Virus record (IMG/VR): IMGVR_UViG_3300030098_006079
Length of the DNA stretch: 64,000 nucleotides
Direction: 5' to 3' (one strand)
Source: a virus
Lineage: Duplodnaviria; Caudoviricetes
This document shows, in pieces, positions 48,869-57,395 of this stretch. Made by a program: the position numbers and the translations under genes. The notes below the pieces were generated by a model, which saw only the letters and a program-made list of their open reading frames with translations, did not search any database and had not been told where the DNA came from. How positions within the stretch are numbered: position 1 is the stretch's first letter; every line of letters begins with the position of its first letter.

Positions 48869-51118
48869 ATGAATGTAGTTAAACGCGATGGAAGAACGGA
48901 AGAATTTGACGCTAACAAGATCCACGAGGTGTTGTTTTGGGCTACAAAGGACATTAAGGGGGTCAGTGTCAGCGATATCGAAATTAATGCAAAGCTGCAA
49001 GTGTTTGATGGTATTAAGTCTTTTAATATACATCAATTATTAATTCAATCTGCTGCAGATCTTATTTCAGAAGATAATCCCAACTATCAAATAGTTGCGG
49101 CGAACTTACTCAATTATTATTTACGAAAACAAGTCTTCGGGGTTTCGGATAATATGCCTTCCTTACTTGATGTTATTAAAAAGAATATTAAGATCGGGGT
49201 ATATGATCCAGAACTACTAGAACAGTATACCGAAGATGAACTTGATCAGTTAGATAACTATATTAAGCATAATAGAGACTATCTTTTTGTATATGCTGGG
49301 CTCCAGCAATTAGTAGACAAATACTTATTAAAAGATAGGCAATCCAATAAGGTGTATGAGACACCACAATATATGTATATGCTTATCTCAATGGTTCTAT
49401 TTAGTGATCAGAACAAAGATGTACGTTTACGTAAGATTAAAGCCTTTTACAATGACACAAGTACATTTAAAACCTCTTTGCCTACACCTGTTATGTGTGG
49501 TGTCCGTACTCCATCACGTCAATACAGTTCGTGCACACTGATAGATGTAGGCGATTCTTTACCTTCTATATTTCATTCTAATACAGCTGTAGGTTATTAT
49601 ACAGCTAATAGAGCTGGTATTGGTTTGAATATGGGAAGAGTTCGTGCTGTAGGTTCTAAGATAAGAAATGGTGAAGTAGTACATACTGGAGTTATTCCGT
49701 TTCTTAAAATGTTTGAATCTACTACAAAATGTTGTACACAGAATGGAGTACGTGGTGGTTCATCTACAACACACTTTCCTTTCTGGCATAAGGAGATTCA
49801 GGAAATCTTAGTACTAAAAAATAATAGAGGTACTGATGATAATAGAGTTCGTAAAATGGATTACTCAATTCAATTTAATAAGCTTTTTTACAAGCGCTTT
49901 ATTGAGGATAAATCTATTACTCTGTTTAGCCCTCATGATGTTCCTGATCTGTACGACGCGTTTGTTGCTGGTTCAGATTCTTTTTATGAATTATATGAAC
50001 AGTATGAATCATCTAGAAAGGTTTCGAAGACGAAAATATCTGCTCGTAAGTTGTTTATGCAGTTTTGTCAAGAACGTATAGAAACTGGTAGGATGTATGT
50101 AATGAATATGGATCATGTTAATGATCATAGTTCATTTCTTGATAGTGTTACTATGTCTAACCTATGTCAGGAAATTACATTACCTACTACTCCTATAGAA
50201 CATATAGACGATGAAGAAACTGGTGAGATAGCTCTGTGTGTTCTCTCAGCTATTAACGTTGGTTCTATTAATAAATTAGATCAATTAGAAAAGATATGTG
50301 ATAATATAGTAACCGCTTTAGATTACATTATTGAGAATCAATTATATCCAGTTAGCGCTGCTCTCAATATGAAAAAGCGTCGAAGTATTGGAGTAGGTAT
50401 TACTAACTTCGCATACTACTTAGCGAAGAATGGAGTTTCATACGAGGATAAAGAGGCTCTTAAAGTTACAGATGAATTAGCGGAAGCTATTCAATACTAT
50501 CTGCTTAAAGCATCTAATAATCTTGCGAAAGAAAGAGGTAAGTGTGAGTGGTTTGATCGTACGAAATATAGTAAAGGTATATTACCAATTGATACTTACT
50601 GTAAAGAAGTAGATAATATTGTTAAAAGAAAATATACATACGATTGGGAAAAGCTTCGGAAAGATATTAAGGAGTATGGTTTAAGAAATAGTACTCTTAC
50701 GGCTCTAATGCCTTGTGAGAGTTCTTCCTTGGTGACTAACTCTACAAACGGTATTGAGCCTCCTAGAAGTTTAGTAACCGTCAAGAAATCTAAGCAGGGA
50801 CTTATCCCGCAGGTAGTTCCTGAGATACAAAAACTCAAGAACAAATATAGTCTTGCGTATGAAATGTCTGACAACAAGGGATATATAAACATTTGCGGAG
50901 TATTGCAAAAATATTTTGATCAAGCTATATCTGCAAATCATTATTACAATTTTAGTAAGTATGAAGAGAACAATCTCCCGCTTTCGGTTGTAGCTAAGGA
51001 TATCCTATATTCCTATAAGGTTGGTCTGAAAACATTATATTATGCTAATACTGATGATGGTAAAACTGATAATGCTCCTGAAGAAAGTGATTGCCCTGGC
51101 GGTGCATGTAAGCTATAA
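48869..51118 (+). CDS. nrdA: Ribonucleotide reductase class Ia alpha subunit with ATP cone
   Basis: VVKRDG cone, PTPVM, SSCTL, SNLCQEI, PCESSS, KTLYY and C-terminal CPGGAC. Confidence 0.97.
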   Translation: MNVVKRDGRTEEFDANKIHEVLFWATKDIKGVSVSDIEINAKLQVFDGIKSFNIHQLLIQSAADLISEDNPNYQIVAANLLNYYLRKQVFGVSDNMPSLLDVIKKNIKIGVYDPELLEQYTEDELDQLDNYIKHNRDYLFVYAGLQQLVDKYLLKDRQSNKVYETPQYMYMLISMVLFSDQNKDVRLRKIKAFYNDTSTFKTSLPTPVMCGVRTPSRQYSSCTLIDVGDSLPSIFHSNTAVGYYTANRAGIGLNMGRVRAVGSKIRNGEVVHTGVIPFLKMFESTTKCCTQNGVRGGSSTTHFPFWHKEIQEILVLKNNRGTDDNRVRKMDYSIQFNKLFYKRFIEDKSITLFSPHDVPDLYDAFVAGSDSFYELYEQYESSRKVSKTKISARKLFMQFCQERIETGRMYVMNMDHVNDHSSFLDSVTMSNLCQEITLPTTPIEHIDDEETGEIALCVLSAINVGSINKLDQLEKICDNIVTALDYIIENQLYPVSAALNMKKRRSIGVGITNFAYYLAKNGVSYEDKEALKVTDELAEAIQYYLLKASNNLAKERGKCEWFDRTKYSKGILPIDTYCKEVDNIVKRKYTYDWEKLRKDIKEYGLRNSTLTALMPCESSSLVTNSTNGIEPPRSLVTVKKSKQGLIPQVVPEIQKLKNKYSLAYEMSDNKGYINICGVLQKYFDQAISANHYYNFSKYEENNLPLSVVAKDILYSYKVGLKTLYYANTDDGKTDNAPEESDCPGGACKL

Positions 51119-51127
51119 TAAGAACAG

Positions 51128-52201
51128 ATGAAGAGTATTATTAATAAAGATAATGTCGACACCACTAAGCAGCCGCTGTTTTTTGGTGCTGGGTTAAATT
51201 TGCAGAGATACGATAAGTATCGCTACAAGAAAATCTATGACTTATTTCTCCAGCAATTAAGTTTCTTTTGGAGACCAGAGGAAGTAGATTTATCTGGTAA
51301 AGAGAAAAACGATTATGAAACTCTTACGGATCATCAAAAGTTTATCTTTACCAAGAACCTTGGTTATCAGATTCTTTTAGATTCTGTTCAAAGTAGAGGT
51401 ATCAGTCATCTATTAGAAGATTGTAGTAATCCAGAATTTGAAGCCTTTGCAAAGACTTGGGAGTTTTTTGAGACGTTACATAGTTACTCTTATACATATA
51501 TTATTAAGAATGTCTATCCGAATCCTTCAGAAGTATTTGATAATATCTTATCTGATCCAGAAATTATTAAACGAACAACGTCTGTTACGAAATATTATGA
51601 TGATCTAATTGAAACTATTCCTAATGAATCGGTTGATGATAGGAAGAAGAAACTTTATTTAACTTTAGTTAGTATTAATATTTTAGAGGGTATTAGATTT
51701 TATGTTTCGTTTGCATGTTCATATTGTTTTGCTCAGAATAAAACAATGGAAGGTAACGCAAAGATTATTTCATTAATTAATCGTGACGAGAATCTTCATT
51801 TAGCTTCTACTCAAAACCTATTGAAATATTTACGAGATAATGAAGAGGAAGGATTCCAGCATATTGTAGAGCAATGTCGACCTATAGTTAAGACAATGTT
51901 TGAAGATGCTGCTAAAGAAGAGATGGAATGGGCTAGATACCTTTTTAAAGATGGTTCTATGTTAGGTCTTAATGATGAGATCTTAATTCAATATATGAAG
52001 CATTTATGTAATCGTAGAACTAAAGCAGTTGGTGTTGAAAATGTATTTGAAGATACTCCTAATCCTATTCAATGGATTAAAAACTGGACTGAAAGTAAAC
52101 ACGTACAGGTCGCTCCTCAAGAGACACAGATAGAAACCTATAAGGTAGGTTCATTCAAACAAGACACGTCAGAGACAGATTTTTCTGACTTTAATTTTTA
52201 G
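51128..52201 (+). CDS. nrdB: Ribonucleotide reductase class Ia beta subunit
   Basis: FWRPEEV, LDSVQ, ETLHSYSY, LEGIRFY, RDENLH and APQETQI. Confidence 0.97.
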   Translation: MKSIINKDNVDTTKQPLFFGAGLNLQRYDKYRYKKIYDLFLQQLSFFWRPEEVDLSGKEKNDYETLTDHQKFIFTKNLGYQILLDSVQSRGISHLLEDCSNPEFEAFAKTWEFFETLHSYSYTYIIKNVYPNPSEVFDNILSDPEIIKRTTSVTKYYDDLIETIPNESVDDRKKKLYLTLVSINILEGIRFYVSFACSYCFAQNKTMEGNAKIISLINRDENLHLASTQNLLKYLRDNEEEGFQHIVEQCRPIVKTMFEDAAKEEMEWARYLFKDGSMLGLNDEILIQYMKHLCNRRTKAVGVENVFEDTPNPIQWIKNWTESKHVQVAPQETQIETYKVGSFKQDTSETDFSDFNF

Positions 52202-52574
52202 TACTCTTTGAACCATTAAATCTGGTTAGGTCAAGCTGCTGTAGAGGTTTTTCTATTTTAAGCTTGGCTAACCATTCATTTTGTACTACTAATTTACTAC
52301 CACCGACGATTTTACCTTCATGGACATCATATATAAAAAAGACAGTCTTTACAATACCTACTCTTATAATTCGAGCTGGTTTTCCGTCCACGAAGACAAC
52401 ATCATCAGTTTTATAATCTCCTCCAACAAATACAAATAAAGATGCTGCTAGTTTTTTTATACTAGATTGAAAAAGTAATATTACTAAACCAGCAACAAAC
52501 AACCAACCGTAATCTCCGATTAGATTTTTTGCCATGTTCTCTAGATGTTGTGGTTGAATTCCTGTTGACTCCAT
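52191..52574 (-). CDS. Minimal MscS-like membrane protein
   Basis: A TM helix, then FVGGDYKTDDVVFVDGKPARIIRVGIVKT, resembling the MscS TM3/beta domain. Confidence 0.5.
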   Translation of the reverse strand: MESTGIQPQHLENMAKNLIGDYGWLFVAGLVILLFQSSIKKLAASLFVFVGGDYKTDDVVFVDGKPARIIRVGIVKTVFFIYDVHEGKIVGGSKLVVQNEWLAKLKIEKPLQQLDLTRFNGSKSTKN

Positions 52575-52610
52575 ATAATTATTTAATTACGTTTGACATA
52601 AATAATTAAG

Positions 52611-52898
52611 ATGAAGAAAATATTTAACATCATTAAGGAATATAAGAAAGAGATCGGAGGTTTACTTCGACATGCTGCTACTATAGCTGGAGGTGTTTTA
52701 ATCGCTAAAGGTTCTCTTACTACTGATAGTTTCCATTTGATTTTAGGTGCTTCTACAAGTATAATCGGTACAGGTTGGTCGTTTGCTAATAAGATTTCTC
52801 AAAGAAAAGAAGTCAAAGTTGCTTTATCTACGGACCCAGTGACCGGTGATGTTACTCGTAAATTTAACGAGGAAACAAAAACTTGGGAAAGCGCTTAA
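52611..52898 (+). CDS. Putative holin (two TM segments)
   Basis: LLRHAATIAGGVLIAKG...LILGASTSIIGTGWS; late box upstream; lysozyme gene nearby. Confidence 0.55.
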   Translation: MKKIFNIIKEYKKEIGGLLRHAATIAGGVLIAKGSLTTDSFHLILGASTSIIGTGWSFANKISQRKEVKVALSTDPVTGDVTRKFNEETKTWESA

Positions 52899-52902
52899 GA
52901 TA

Positions 52903-53253
52903 ATGCATACAGGTTATCTTTATATTATAAGCAATAGATCTTGGCCTGGGTGGATAAAGGTAGGAACTACTAAGAATCTAAAAACTCGTCTGCAAACTTA
53001 TCAGACGGGTTCTCCTTTTCGAGATTATGAGATTTTATATTCTATAAAGCATCCAGATTACCTGAAAGCAGAAAAGAATATAAAAATACAAATGGCTCAT
53101 TTTGCTAAACAGATAAAAAATGAGTGGTATGAAGTAGATATAGAAATCGCTAAAGTTAGATTATCAGAACAATTAGACAATTACTTTTATGGTGAATGTG
53201 ATTATGAAGAAAAATATGATCACATACCAGTAAGAGATTTTATTTATAAATAA
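52903..53253 (+). CDS. GIY-YIG-like T5orf172-domain protein
   Basis: GYLYII, WIKVGTT, RLQTYQTGSP, AEK and EWY. Confidence 0.8.
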   Translation: MHTGYLYIISNRSWPGWIKVGTTKNLKTRLQTYQTGSPFRDYEILYSIKHPDYLKAEKNIKIQMAHFAKQIKNEWYEVDIEIAKVRLSEQLDNYFYGECDYEEKYDHIPVRDFIYK

Positions 53254-53258
53254 TTATA

Positions 53259-54080
53259 ATGACATTTGATCAATTAAATGAAGCAAATGAGATTATTTTG
53301 CAAGAAGGACCTTTTGCGAAGGCTCTTGCAGCATTAGGTATTTTAGGAGCTACCTTAGGTAGTCCGGGCGAAGTACAAGCCAAAATGCCTACTCCAATAA
53401 CTCAAGCCATTAAACAAGATCAATCTTATTACGATTATATTGCGCCGAGTGAAGGTAAAGGTAAAGCTGGTCGCCCCGGGTACGCGTACAAAGACCACAA
53501 AGGTTACTTAACCGTTGGAGTAGGCCATCTTGTTTTACGTAACGACAAAGCCTTACAACAAGTAGCGGGAAGAGATTATAATAGCGTTATAAGAGGTCGT
53601 GTACCGTTATCTGATAGACAAATGGAAGCTTTATTTAATATAGACGTACAAGCAAAAATTGCTGCTGCCAGACGAGCATTACCAGCATTTGACTCCTACC
53701 CGCAGTACTTACGTAATGCTATTGTAGATGGTTTCTTTAGAGGAGATTTATCAGGAAGTAAAAATACTTTAGGTTTAATGAATAAAGGCCAATGGAAAGC
53801 AGCCGCAAAAGAATATCTCAATCATGCTGGTTATAGAACTTCAAAAGAAGAAGGAACAGGTGTAGCTGGTAGGATGGAACGTAATGCAGCTGTGTTTGCT
53901 ACTTATGGTGGTGGTTCATCTCCCCAACAACCAGTAAAGACCGACTTCTATACAGTTAAGTCTGGAGATACATTAAGTAAGATATCTAAAATGACAGGTA
54001 AGTCAATTAAAGATATAATGCAGAAGAATAGAATTACCAACCCGAATAAGATTAGTGTTGGTCAAAAGTTATCTATTTAG
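53259..54080 (+). CDS. T4-lysozyme-like (GH24) muramidase with C-terminal LysM
   Basis: SEG...YKDHKGYLTVGVGHL (E, D-x5-T) and YTVKSGDTLSKIS...NPNKISVGQKL. Confidence 0.88.
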   Translation: MTFDQLNEANEIILQEGPFAKALAALGILGATLGSPGEVQAKMPTPITQAIKQDQSYYDYIAPSEGKGKAGRPGYAYKDHKGYLTVGVGHLVLRNDKALQQVAGRDYNSVIRGRVPLSDRQMEALFNIDVQAKIAAARRALPAFDSYPQYLRNAIVDGFFRGDLSGSKNTLGLMNKGQWKAAAKEYLNHAGYRTSKEEGTGVAGRMERNAAVFATYGGGSSPQQPVKTDFYTVKSGDTLSKISKMTGKSIKDIMQKNRITNPNKISVGQKLSI

Positions 54081-54498
54081 CGCCTCGTTCTTGCCAATTG
54101 TAAGATTTTTCATCCGTTGTTATCGGACCACCTTTTGCCCATGTATGACAAGCTCTCGCACTGTGACATTTAAAGTGATGCATCCAACAGTAACCTAATC
54201 TACCATCGTCATCAGATGTTTCTCCAGGCATACAAGCATCCATTCTAGGAGAAATATCAAACGCTACACAGTTTCCGCACAGAGATGCTCTTGCAGCCCT
54301 TTCGGTTGTCTTCCAGTACCTAGCGATTCTTTTCCAATAATTACCGGGCTCACTTACATTTAATGGTCCGTAATTATAATCTCGTATTGTTGCATCTCTA
54401 TTCTTAGTGTTTAATGCTAGGTCTTGAGTTGCCGCTGGACAATCCATTCCAGCTTTTTCTAGTATTGTTTGTATTAATGATTCGAATAGTTTTGTCAT
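54073..54498 (-). CDS. Cys-rich small protein (HiPIP-like Cys spacing), putative internal head protein
   Basis: CGNCVAF, GYC and FKCHSARACHTW; N-terminus MTKLFESLIQTILE. Confidence 0.5.
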   Translation of the reverse strand: MTKLFESLIQTILEKAGMDCPAATQDLALNTKNRDATIRDYNYGPLNVSEPGNYWKRIARYWKTTERAARASLCGNCVAFDISPRMDACMPGETSDDDGRLGYCWMHHFKCHSARACHTWAKGGPITTDEKSYNWQERGAK

Positions 54499-54499
54499 T

Positions 54500-54895
54500 T
54501 TACCAGTCCTTACACGCTTGATATCTGGCCGTACCTGGTTTAGCAGAACTACATTTATGTCTTGCTCTAAAGCTTTTCCTTCTTTTAGTATTTGCCTTAC
54601 CAGATACTTTCACACCTTTTTGACCCCAATGTATTCTCTTATAACCTTTACCGTCAGGGTTCTTAACACACTTCATCCACTTCTTACCTTTCGCAGTACT
54701 ACTAGCTTTCTTAGTAGACTTAGTACATCTTGCTGCTTCATCAATATCTTCTTTAGAAATCTTAGCAGCTTGCTTCTTCATCTGCTTTCTATACTTTGGA
54801 TCATTCTTCCATTTACTAGAAACTTTACCCTTCTTTTTAGCTTTGTTAATATTATCCCAAAGACCTTCGTATAGTTTATCGAATTCTGGTGTCAT
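54500..54895 (-). CDS. Small basic protein (RRKSFRARHxC motif), putative internal head protein
   Basis: LYE-GLWDNI, EDIDE-A and RRKSFRARHKC...ARYQACKDW. Confidence 0.55.
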   Translation of the reverse strand: MTPEFDKLYEGLWDNINKAKKKGKVSSKWKNDPKYRKQMKKQAAKISKEDIDEAARCTKSTKKASSTAKGKKWMKCVKNPDGKGYKRIHWGQKGVKVSGKANTKRRKSFRARHKCSSAKPGTARYQACKDW

Positions 54896-54899
54896 ATCG

Positions 54900-54913
54900 T
54901 ATAAATATTTATA
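54900..54913. promoter_or_regulatory. Palindromic bidirectional T4-type late promoter
   Basis: TATAAATATTTATA is a perfect 14-bp palindrome, giving TATAAATA on both strands between divergent ATGs at 54895 and 54913. Confidence 0.75.
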
Positions 54914-55263
54914 TGGAAACTACTAAAAAATTAGATAGTTACTTAAATGAATTGCATTGTCATTGTGACGGTAAGTCTCATGGTAAGAAGAAAAAGAAAA
55001 AAGTAAACGAAGATAATGCTGAACCTGATGGTGCAGGTATGGCTAAAACTGATTTATTTCATCTAGCTAACACATCTAAAGAACTACATGATATGTTAGA
55101 TGATGAATATCCATTAGATGATTGGATGGAAGCTAAATTAACAAAAGCAGCTGATTATGTTAAGTCTGTATATCAATCTGTTGCATACGATATAAAGGGT
55201 GAAGGGGAAGAAACTACAAACGAACATACTACAATTTATATTACTACTCCTGATGCCAAATAA
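54913..55263 (+). CDS. Small acidic/basic protein, putative internal head protein
   Basis: SYLNE, poly-K, GMAKTDL...WMEAKLTKAADY module. Confidence 0.55.
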   Translation: METTKKLDSYLNELHCHCDGKSHGKKKKKKVNEDNAEPDGAGMAKTDLFHLANTSKELHDMLDDEYPLDDWMEAKLTKAADYVKSVYQSVAYDIKGEGEETTNEHTTIYITTPDAK

Positions 55264-56119
55264 TTTTAAAACATATTTCGAAGAAAATAATTATTATAAT
55301 GATACTCTTCATCCTGATTTTTGGGATGAATTTGAGTTTAAAGAGGATATACTTAAGCCAATTTTAAAAATTGTTGACGACTTCGTACAGGACGATGATC
55401 ATATTTCTGCTGAGATGATAGAAGATATACAGTTAACTGGCTCATTAGCCAATTATAACTATTCAGAGTACTCTGATTTAGATGTACATATACTTTTAGA
55501 CTTTGCTGATATTAATAAAGATGAAGATTTAGTAAAGCGTGCGTTAGATGGAAAGAGATTTATTTGGAACCTTAGACATGATATAAAATTTAATGGCCAT
55601 GAAGTTGAGTTATATTTTCAAGATATTCATGAACCTCATGTGGCTTCCGGTCTATTTAGTTTATCTGGCAATAGATGGATTAAAAAGCCTAAATACGAAA
55701 AACCGGAAGTAGATCACGAGGACGTAGTAAAAAAAGCTGAGTCGTTTAAAAAAGAGCTTGATCTCTTAGCTGATGCATTAGATAATATTAGCGACGAGAA
55801 AGAATTTAGTCTTATTAATAGACGTGCAAAGAAGCTTAAAGATAAGATTATGAAGATGCGTAGAGAAGGTCTCGCTAGTAAAGGAGAGTTTTCTGTTGAG
55901 AATCTCGCATTTAAAAATTTACGTAATGATCAGACTATAGCTAGATTAAATGATCTAATTATTAAGTCATATGATCTTATGTATTCAAAAGAAGAGTTAA
56001 AAGAGAAGGTTGGTTTAGAAGAATGGGAAAAAGCTATGTTGAGTGCTTTAGGTACCAAAAACGATAAAAACGCTCAACATCAAAAAGAAAAACCAAAAAG
56101 ATATCCTATAGGTATATGA
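55253..56119 (+). CDS. Pol-beta superfamily nucleotidyltransferase
   Basis: LTGSLANYNYSEYSDLDVHI (GS...DxD), third acid in EVELY and GEFSVENLAFK; start moved to MPNNFKTYFEE. Confidence 0.8.
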   Translation: MPNNFKTYFEENNYYNDTLHPDFWDEFEFKEDILKPILKIVDDFVQDDDHISAEMIEDIQLTGSLANYNYSEYSDLDVHILLDFADINKDEDLVKRALDGKRFIWNLRHDIKFNGHEVELYFQDIHEPHVASGLFSLSGNRWIKKPKYEKPEVDHEDVVKKAESFKKELDLLADALDNISDEKEFSLINRRAKKLKDKIMKMRREGLASKGEFSVENLAFKNLRNDQTIARLNDLIIKSYDLMYSKEELKEKVGLEEWEKAMLSALGTKNDKNAQHQKEKPKRYPIGI

Positions 56120-57183
56120 AAACATATAAACAATATTTTAAAGAGAATTATATTAAGTTTATTGATCCTGATACTGGTAAAGAAGTAAAGCGTAGAGTAT
56201 CAGATACTTTTATTAATAGTATTTTAAAAAAGAAATCTGACAAGTTCGACTCTGCGTCGTATTTAAAAAAGATTAGAGATCATGGAGTAAAAACTGGAGC
56301 ATTTGATAAGGGAGAAAATATTGACTCTAGAGATGTTGTTGCATTTTTTGACTTTATAAAAGAGGCAGTACCTCGCAATCAACTACATAATTTTTTAAAA
56401 GAATTACCAAGAAAAGATTTACAAGCTCGTTTTAAAGAGGAGCTTTCTAGGTCTAAAAAATTTAGCTTTTTAGATGTTTTAGATACTACGTGTGACCCGT
56501 CTTGCAAATTCGCTGATGCATTAGCAAGTAATCCAGTTGTACTTAAAATTAGACCAGCGTCTGATAGATATAAGACTCGTGGTGCAGCTGGTCCTGGTGA
56601 AGCATTTTTAGCTTTTATGTTTTCTGGTAGAAAACCATCTGGGGCTGGAGACTTAGAATTAGACGATATGATTGTTGAGTTAAAAGCCAATGGTGGTCGA
56701 ATAGCTAAAGACTTAGATTTTCGAGGCCAAGGAAGATTATTAAGAAGTTTTTATCCAGGTATTAAGAGTACGACACAAGAAGCCTTACCTTTAATTTTAC
56801 GTCATTTTAATCAATCAGAGACGGATTTAAGTATGTTAGATTTTCTATCTGCAGTTTCTGGAGTACCATCTGGTTTAGACGATCTTGATATTAAATATTT
56901 TGCCAAGAGACCGATATATGATCTCAAAAAATACCCTACATACAGAGAGTTAATACAATTGTTAGGACCAATACAAATGAAAAATTACTTCACTAAAATC
57001 GCTGACTTTAATACAATTGCTATATTTGATAATGATATAATTATAGGTTTTAGTAGAGATATTTTACAGCAAAAAACCTCAGTTCAAATACAAAAAGAGT
57101 TTGCAAATAGTGGTGTTATAATAGGAGCAAAACCAGCAGGTGGAAGTGCATATGATGCATCAGGGTTTACAATTAATGTATGA
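56116..57183 (+). CDS. Putative PD-(D/E)xK nuclease-like protein with CTS-like N-terminus
   Basis: GPGEAFLAF...GDLELDDMIVELKA; N-terminus MKTYKQYFKE. Confidence 0.5.
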   Translation: MKTYKQYFKENYIKFIDPDTGKEVKRRVSDTFINSILKKKSDKFDSASYLKKIRDHGVKTGAFDKGENIDSRDVVAFFDFIKEAVPRNQLHNFLKELPRKDLQARFKEELSRSKKFSFLDVLDTTCDPSCKFADALASNPVVLKIRPASDRYKTRGAAGPGEAFLAFMFSGRKPSGAGDLELDDMIVELKANGGRIAKDLDFRGQGRLLRSFYPGIKSTTQEALPLILRHFNQSETDLSMLDFLSAVSGVPSGLDDLDIKYFAKRPIYDLKKYPTYRELIQLLGPIQMKNYFTKIADFNTIAIFDNDIIIGFSRDILQQKTSVQIQKEFANSGVIIGAKPAGGSAYDASGFTINV

Positions 57184-57395
57184 ACGCAATCGGATTATAT
57201 GATACAATGGTAATGGGTTATAGGGTTAAAGTACAACCTTATAAAATTACTATATTCGATGAAGACGGTTCAATTGAGGGTACTCAAATACCTAATAAGT
57301 TAGTAAGATATATTATACATGAAGGTTTTTGCGATGCTTGGCTTACAGAGAGCATGGCTATAAAGGTTAACGTTTATAGGATTAAAGATATATGA
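57180..57395 (+). CDS. Small hypothetical protein
   Basis: Coupled to both neighbours by ATGA overlaps. Confidence 0.5.
   Translation: MNAIGLYDTMVMGYRVKVQPYKITIFDEDGSIEGTQIPNKLVRYIIHEGFCDAWLTESMAIKVNVYRIKDI

Noticed and set aside
48869-52201. Inteins or introns in nrdA/nrdB
   Set aside because: Lengths (749 and 357 aa) are normal and the motifs are contiguous.
52903-53253. T5orf172/GIY-YIG gene as part of an intron or mobile insertion
   Set aside because: The flanking genes are intact, and no split gene or intron structure is apparent.
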